A stretch of DNA of 62,366 bases, counting the filler, from Platydemus manokwari (lineage: Eukaryota), in assembly GCA_037951405.1 (NCBI GenBank). It is 5 parts of 5 records of this genome, joined end to end, with 100 filler letters (N's around TTAATTAATTAA, not from the genome) between each part and the next. Parts side by side here need not be neighbours in the genome. Positions count along the whole stretch, not along the records: positions 50,233 to 62,366 come from JBBMOY010293337.1; 4 more parts are not named here. One strand, written 5' to 3'. The number at the start of each line of letters is the position of its first letter. Position 1 is the stretch's first letter. Of the stretch, positions 55,501 to 62,366 are shown piece after piece. The notes below the pieces were generated by a model. The model had not been told where the DNA came from. It did not search any database and worked only from the letters and a program-made list of their open reading frames with translations. The position numbers and the translations under genes were made by a program.

Positions 55501-58500
55501 CAGATGAGATGTTACTTGTTCTAGAAAGAAAAGTTCAGTTTTTGAAAAGTGTGTCGTGTTAATGTCTGTAAAATAATGATTTCTGAATTCCCTGAACATC
55601 ATGAAAGAGATGAGAGTTAAATCTGTATCTGAAACTGGGAATTTACCTAATAATAAAGTGAATATTATGCCGAAGTAGCTCAAAAATCAAAGTCATGTTA
55701 ACAGTTTTCTTCGATTATCTTGGTGTTGTACATTATGAATCCATTCCGTGTGCCAAACAATTAACAACGAATATTATTTGTCCTCGACGTCATTTGTCCC
55801 AAGAGGTCAGAAAATTATTGATATTCACATAAATATTATTACTGTATCATACTGCATTGACTCTTTAAGATATTTTCATCAAAAATTCAACTAATATGGT
55901 TCGAAAATCACGATATACGCTTAGTTTAAAACCATGCTAATTGTTTCTATTCAATAAACTCAGAAACCACTCTATAATCACTGTTTTGACTCTTTTGAGG
56001 AAATATATCTGATCAAAAAAGTTATTGAAGATCATTCCAGAAATCGACTTTAGCGAGTATTAAAGAATTTCAAAATACGCTGGCATAAATATGTTGTGTC
56101 GGAAGAGGGAATTATTATGAAGGCGATAAAATTGATTTCGAAGAATAAGTAAAGATTTTTCATTTTTTTTTCAAAATTCTCAATTATATTTCGTCACATT
56201 ATTAATATATGGAAAGAACCTCGAATACTTAGTGATTGATTCAACTCCAAGACAACTTCATTATCACAATACCATATCATATTTTGCTTCTAAATTACAC
56301 AAGTGCAATTATTATTATTATTATCATTATTATTTAACTTTTTAATGAAATAATAATAACCGCTATAAATCACTTCATTAATTTCACTGTTATTAAAATT
56401 TCCGTTGTCACGGCTAATCCAAAATTCGGCACCATTTTCGATGGATCAGCTTGAATATGTATTACACAAAGAAAATTGCAATTTCCTATGCTTTAATAAT
56501 TTACTGAAATTCTCCTAAAATACACAGATTCAATATTCACAAATAAAATATGAGCCTTGAAACTCTACTTGCAAACAATGCATTTTCAAATCTTCTGAAA
56601 CACGTTTAATAATCCTATAAAAATTTCAGAATCAAATTAGAAGAATTATTCGAGTTCTTGTTTCTTTTATTTTGAAATTTAATACCGCTTGATCTAGTTT
56701 TTAATCGATAAACACTTCAAGAACGTAATTATCCCAATGATTTCTGGATTTGGTAGTGCACATTAAAAATATTTAATTACCATCAGTTTTGGCAATTCAT
56801 TCCAATAATGACAAATAACATTTACTAGCTAGTTTTAAGCGCAGATGTTCAAATATATTGTTAATCAATAATTAAGTACTTCTAGTCACGATAGTCATTG
56901 GAAATTGTTGATAAATAATCGATGATTTCTCATAGCGTGTATTGGGGATAATGAAATACTATTGCTACATAAATATTTAATATGTTATCAGCTGCGCAAG
57001 TTCAAGCATCAGAATTAATTACATCAAATTATTAAACTACATCAAATGTCATTTCTCTTCGTCCCATTTGAATTGTGGATCTCCAATTTTGAATAATTTT
57101 AATTTAACAGGAAATGAAATATTAAGTGTTCCATAAAACTGAATGGTTATCTTTTCATTCATGAACCCATATTACATATCATCTTTTAATAATCAATATT
57201 CATAAAGTTGATGATAATTGTTCTCTTTTACACTCACAATGTTCGTAATTTAGTTAACACGACATTAAGGTAAAATCAACTTAATAGTCGATTTATATAA
57301 TAATTATAACAATAGCAATATCCTTAATAATTATAACGATAATGATTATATGCATAAAATAATAATTAATATATTATTATCATCTTTTAAACTATTTTGC
57401 ATAACTTGACTTCATTTTCAATAATATTTACTAAAAATAGAATCATCTTTAATGATGAATTGTTTTGCAATCATTTGTTTTATCGAAGTTCTTAAATTAT
57501 GTAAAAATTGATTTTTTTTTGCCTTGGAAACAAATTTTATATAATTTATAAGTAAAAACTATTTTAAAAATCATCACAAATATCATTCAAAGTATAATCA
57601 ATTCTTGCCAGAGCGGAGTCTTGACGTAATATTTTCAAATTTATTTTATGGGGTTGTTGTGATTTTTATTTAATTTCCTGCGTAAATATTTGTATTTCTT
57701 CTGCTCACTTGTAATGATGTTAAAAAATAAAAAGGATAACCCAAAGTAGTGCCCCAAATCTAAATAGTCTCTTCTATTTTCAATTGATATTCTCAAATTT
57801 TAAAAATGTTTGGTACCACTGTTCCTTTGAAATGTAATTGAATGTATTTGAATGAGAAGATTAATAAATTTATTAAGAAACTTGTGTTGTTTTACATAAC
57901 AATAGAATATAGATAATGTTACTATTTTATGAAAAACATGTTATTCTAAAATATTTTTGCTGACACCATTTAATCCTTTAAGCTCTTACTAGTGAGGAGA
58001 TACATGTCTTAGTTTCTGATTCTGGTAAGCTATTTTTACAAAGCTAATCAGAAGTAATATTATATTATGACACGAATAATACCAGCTATTTGCTCATTCT
58101 GGCTCAGGACTTCATACAGGAGAATAATGATGTTCGAATACTATTTGGAATTATCTGTTATATATAATAATTGATTTTATAATTCACATCGATTTTTATG
58201 CATATTTATTCGAGTTTAGTATTTTCCTCAGCTTACCTTTACGCGTGATCTTTCACGTGGATATTAAAGCTCTGCATTTACCAAAGCATTATCAATGCCC
58301 TCCATGTTTATGGACAAATTGTTTCTTAATTCGAAATTAAATTAAGTCGGAATGAATAAGAAGGTGAATATTTTAATATAATATTAATTCCATTTTAAAG
58401 TCACGAAGTTTTATGTAATTGTTGAATTTAGCATCATTTGTAACTAACAATGTATTTTATATTTTATTGTAAAATAGTTGATTATTAAAATATTTGCTTA

Positions 58501-59439
58501 ATATTTCGATATTTAATTATAAATTTATTTTTATATGATTTGAATGCCTCGAAACTCTTTCCTCATGCTCATGCAATCACGATATCGGAGTTTATCTGAT
58601 GTGTGTTTTATTTATAATGCAGTCTGTGATCGCTAACGTTGACTTTCGTACAAGAGAAGATATGAATATATAATAATAATAATAATAATAATATATAATA
58701 ATAATTTAAAAATTCTCAGAATCATGATATTGATTCGAAAAATAAATTCTGTAACTCTGAAGTCCTAGAGACAAAGGCCACTTTGATTTTAATTCCGACA
58801 TTTGATATTCGAACTGTATCTATAGTTTTTTTTTACATTTTGTTTACGTGATAATCATAATTTTGCAAAACATTTTTAATATATGTGACTATAATCCATG
58901 TATAACTTTCGGCATGAGTTTTATTGAGGGCTTTAAAGGAGGTCGAGTCTTTTAAAAAATTAAATTTAAAATTCTGGAATCGTTGTAATAGATTCAAATG
59001 ATAGAACACGAGTCTCAATGAAATATTTATTGCATGATTTTATTAATGATTTCTTATTCATTTAATATATATAGCTGTCATTTTCCACTGGGAAACATGA
59101 TAAATTAAACGATATTAGTTTTTTTTAGTAAGACTTGGTAAGTGGATTTGATATATGAATACAGTAAATCTCTTAAGTATTGGTTGTAAATTGATATCAT
59201 TAAATTTAATGACCAAACCATAAATAATTGGCATGCTTAATTTTACTAAATTATTTGTTACAAAAAAGATTTATATAAGTATAGAAAATATAGATAAATA
59301 GAATGAGAATAGAAAATTATCTTACGATAAATCCTCGATACCATTGTTTAATTTGACTTTTGGAAAAGTTGGTATTTTGAATTAAAAAATTCATGTCTTC
59401 TACAGACAATTTCTTTCTTGATAGAAACAAATTTCCCAT
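52529..59439 (-). CDS. ncs-2: Neuronal calcium sensor, NCS-2 type, 3 coding exons, 191 aa
   Basis: Exons 59439-59326 ([38 protein letters not shown]), 53034-52762 ([57 protein letters not shown]) and 52717-52529 (..[14 protein letters not shown]), with phase-0 GT-AG introns. EF1 inactive (CPxG), EF2-4 canonical. Confidence 0.95.
55200..55785 (+). mobile_element. Mariner transposase relic inside the NCS intron 1
   Basis: [30 protein letters not shown] (HTH, 55267), [31 protein letters not shown] (55680) and [10 protein letters not shown] are mariner motifs, broken by stops and frameshifts. Confidence 0.85.
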
Positions 59440-61989
59440 GGCAAAACAGCTCTGTGAATCTAGAATATCGTAGAAATAATTGACACTATTGTATTGTTTT
59501 CAGATATCCAATCGTATTTTCTGTTGTATCTATTACAATTCATCAAATCAACCAATGGATTTCATTTTCAGTATTTGTTTCTGGTCTGCTGCTTGCATCA
59601 GGTTGCAAAATTAATAGAAAACTACTTCATGGAGTATTTTATTGCTATGGTTTTCATGAATTTAATATTAATTCGTCTCATTTGTCAGTTATCAAGTACA
59701 TATTTTATAACAAAAATTTTTCACCAGATTACATTAATGCTTAACAGACGTAAGATACAATTGTTTTTATAAGCTATTATTCTAAATTTTTAATATTTTT
59801 TTCACTGGTATCCTAATTGTTAGCGATTTTTGTAAAAAAATATATCTCGATATTTCAATTCATTGTATTATAATAATAGAAAGAATAAAAGATATTTAGT
59901 TAGCATAATAGTAACATTAATAGTGTGGTTTCGATGATAATATGATAATTTAAATTATTAAATACAATTTTGTTCGAAACTCTTTGAATTTACGTTATTA
60001 TCTAATAAACCAATAAATGTTTAGTTTTAAATAAATAAAAAATTATGAAATGGTGATCATTATGTAGATGGAGTATATTTCATCAACTGAATTTTCTAAA
60101 TATAGAAAAGTGAGGTGTCTTGAAACTTCTCGATATGAAAGAGTTAGCCAATGATCAACCTCAAAAAAGATTTTTAAAGTTATTAGTTCTATTTTATGTG
60201 AATCTATTTGGTATAAACGTCACTTAAGAACGTCATATCGCTCTTTACTACATTAAGTGATGTTGTCCCAATAATAATAAATGATAACATCTGGAAATTC
60301 TGAATTTAATATATTTATTAAGTATATTGCCAGATCAATTGATATTTTTATTAACCTCGAGTAAAAATTATTTTATCGGTAAAATCAACTAAATATGGGT
60401 CAAATATTTTCTTTCAATAATCATCTTAGAATAGAATATTCCCGTAGGCATCGTTTTCTATCAGATGCACCAATATATCAACCAGGATAGCCATCAATAT
60501 ATTCTGATTAATTCTGATTAAATGATTTCAAATCTTTTTATGATATCATGTTTAGGCTCGTATGCTTATGAGTGAGTTTTTAGGCCCAGTACAATTTTTA
60601 GGCTTCACATTTTTAATTGAAAGTTCTCGGTTTATGCCATTTCTTCTCCGTTCTTAGGGCTTAAAAGAGATTTAAAAGGATTAAAATTAAAGTGTTTCCA
60701 TTTGTTATAACCAAAAAGTGTATTAAAGTATGTATAACTTACGTCTACCAACTTAAAATATCATACATCTTGTTCCTTCTTGATACGTTTTGAATTTGTT
60801 TGTCTATTTTATTTTCAACTATATTTATTATCATTCAACAACCTTTTATCCACTGTGAACACTATCCCGACTTATATCAGTCTTCGAGTTCGCAAACCCC
60901 AAGTAGTTTTGAACCTTAAATGCAATAATTTAAAATTAAATTATTTTTGCTTCTGACGATGAAGTTCTTGTATGGAGACAAGATGATTGACAATGAATAA
61001 TGACTTTTGTCTATAAAATAGCAATAATTTCGATACCAAAAACGTATTATGTATATAATGGCAATGGCACTAGATACTAGACAATCCTTTATGTTTAATA
61101 AAATTATATTTTTGATGGCAAAACTTTCTGTGATAAAATGCGATACAAAAGACAGATATTCTTGAAAAGTGTTGACTTATAAACTCCTTAGGAAAATAGT
61201 TGAAGGACAAAATTAAGTACAGGATGTTGAGCGTCTCCTCGTAAAATAAGAAATATAACGACCGAATATAAATATTTGATAATTTTAAATATAAAGAACG
61301 CTTATTTCGACCAATCGTTAATTAATTTTACTTTTGTTCTTTCTCGTATTTTTAATTTTCTTAATTGCGTCAGATAAAAATCTTTGTTAGTTTAATTTAT
61401 AATTTTATTAATCTAATTTTTATAGATAATAAAATATTTTTTCATAATCATTTATAAACATTGATGCACATTGCATTGAATGATAAAATCAAATATTCTT
61501 AAAATCAGTAAAGGTATTCATGAGAGTAAGAAAACCACAATAAAAGTCAGTTAATCAGATAATCACGAATAATAAGATCAGAAATGTTTAATAGAAGCTC
61601 ATCGTTGTTATTGGAATCTGGAATTCAAATATCACAGTGTTTGGTTGAGATTTTGAATTTATAAATTAATCTTAAATTGCCTACTTCAATGCCTAAATCC
61701 ACACTTCAGTTCTTCTTTCTCCGGGTCTTTTTCTTCTCTTCTCAGCCATTTTTTATACTGGCCCACTGCCATCAGGTGATGAGGGTTTCTAATGGTCTTT
61801 TGAATTCTTTATCAATTGAACTGTGTTTCTCTGATTTTGACTGGATTTTGTAGGTTTCTCGGATTTATTATTTACTGTCTGATGTTTTGCCATTTCTTCT
61901 TTCGTAGTTTTCTATTTCCATGCACTATATGAGCTAATAGTGATATGTATTATTTCATCTTCATTCTCCTCATTTCGAGTTTCATGAAA

Positions 61990-62366
61990 TTTGGTTTCAT
62001 GATTGAATTTAAGATGACCTTGTTATTTCTTCGAATGCATGAAGTCTTTGTTATAACTATCTTTACAAGGATTTTACGATATTTGCATAGAACGAGTTTG
62101 CATTAGCATTGCATTATTTGTTCTCTAAGTGAAAGCATCCATTGGTTTTCTCAATAGAATAATCCATTAACTATCCGGTTAATTTTTTTGTAACTTTTCA
62201 GCCTATTACTCCGCACAGTTTCGGCATAATTAGGGCAAGTAAAAAATCGATCTCTTGTTAGTGTTTCTATTTTGCCTATGGACATGGTAACATTTTTCAA
62301 CGTTTTTAGAGTACTCGTAATAAGTCTCTTACTACTCTAGTTGTCTCCCTTGCGACTAAATTTAGA
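61990..62366 (-). mobile_element. Possible gypsy integrase C-terminal relic
   Basis: Frameshifted KDSY...IRRN..HLK pattern only. Weak. Confidence 0.25.

Overview
AT-rich eukaryotic (invertebrate animal) genomic scaffold. The many 41-60-nt GT-AG introns and AAT microsatellites would fit a planarian-type flatworm, but that is inference. Four 100-nt assembly gaps carry a TTAATTAATTAA spacer. Genes built by hand from splice sites and reading frames: (1) a 3-exon PH-domain/PPxY protein (minus, 7072-8089); (2) a terminal exon of an unknown gene (minus, 21726-22050); (3) a damaged, apparently scrambled FARP-like FERM-RhoGEF-PH-PH locus (plus, ~24127-34797); (4) a canonical ankyrin (24 ANK repeats, ZU5-ZU5-UPA, death domain; plus, 35865-49998, 3' end lost at a gap); (5) an intact NCS-2-type neuronal calcium sensor (minus, 52529-59439). 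Transposon relics: Merlin/IS1595, a hAT MITE, a Penelope-like element, mariner, a Tc2-like end, and four diverged members of one solo-LTR-like family. The most interesting observation is that all four LTR-like copies keep a ~150-nt multi-stem element near their 3' end, with compensatory base changes and an invariant AGGTGAAG. It is a candidate structured RNA element that I cannot assign to a known family.
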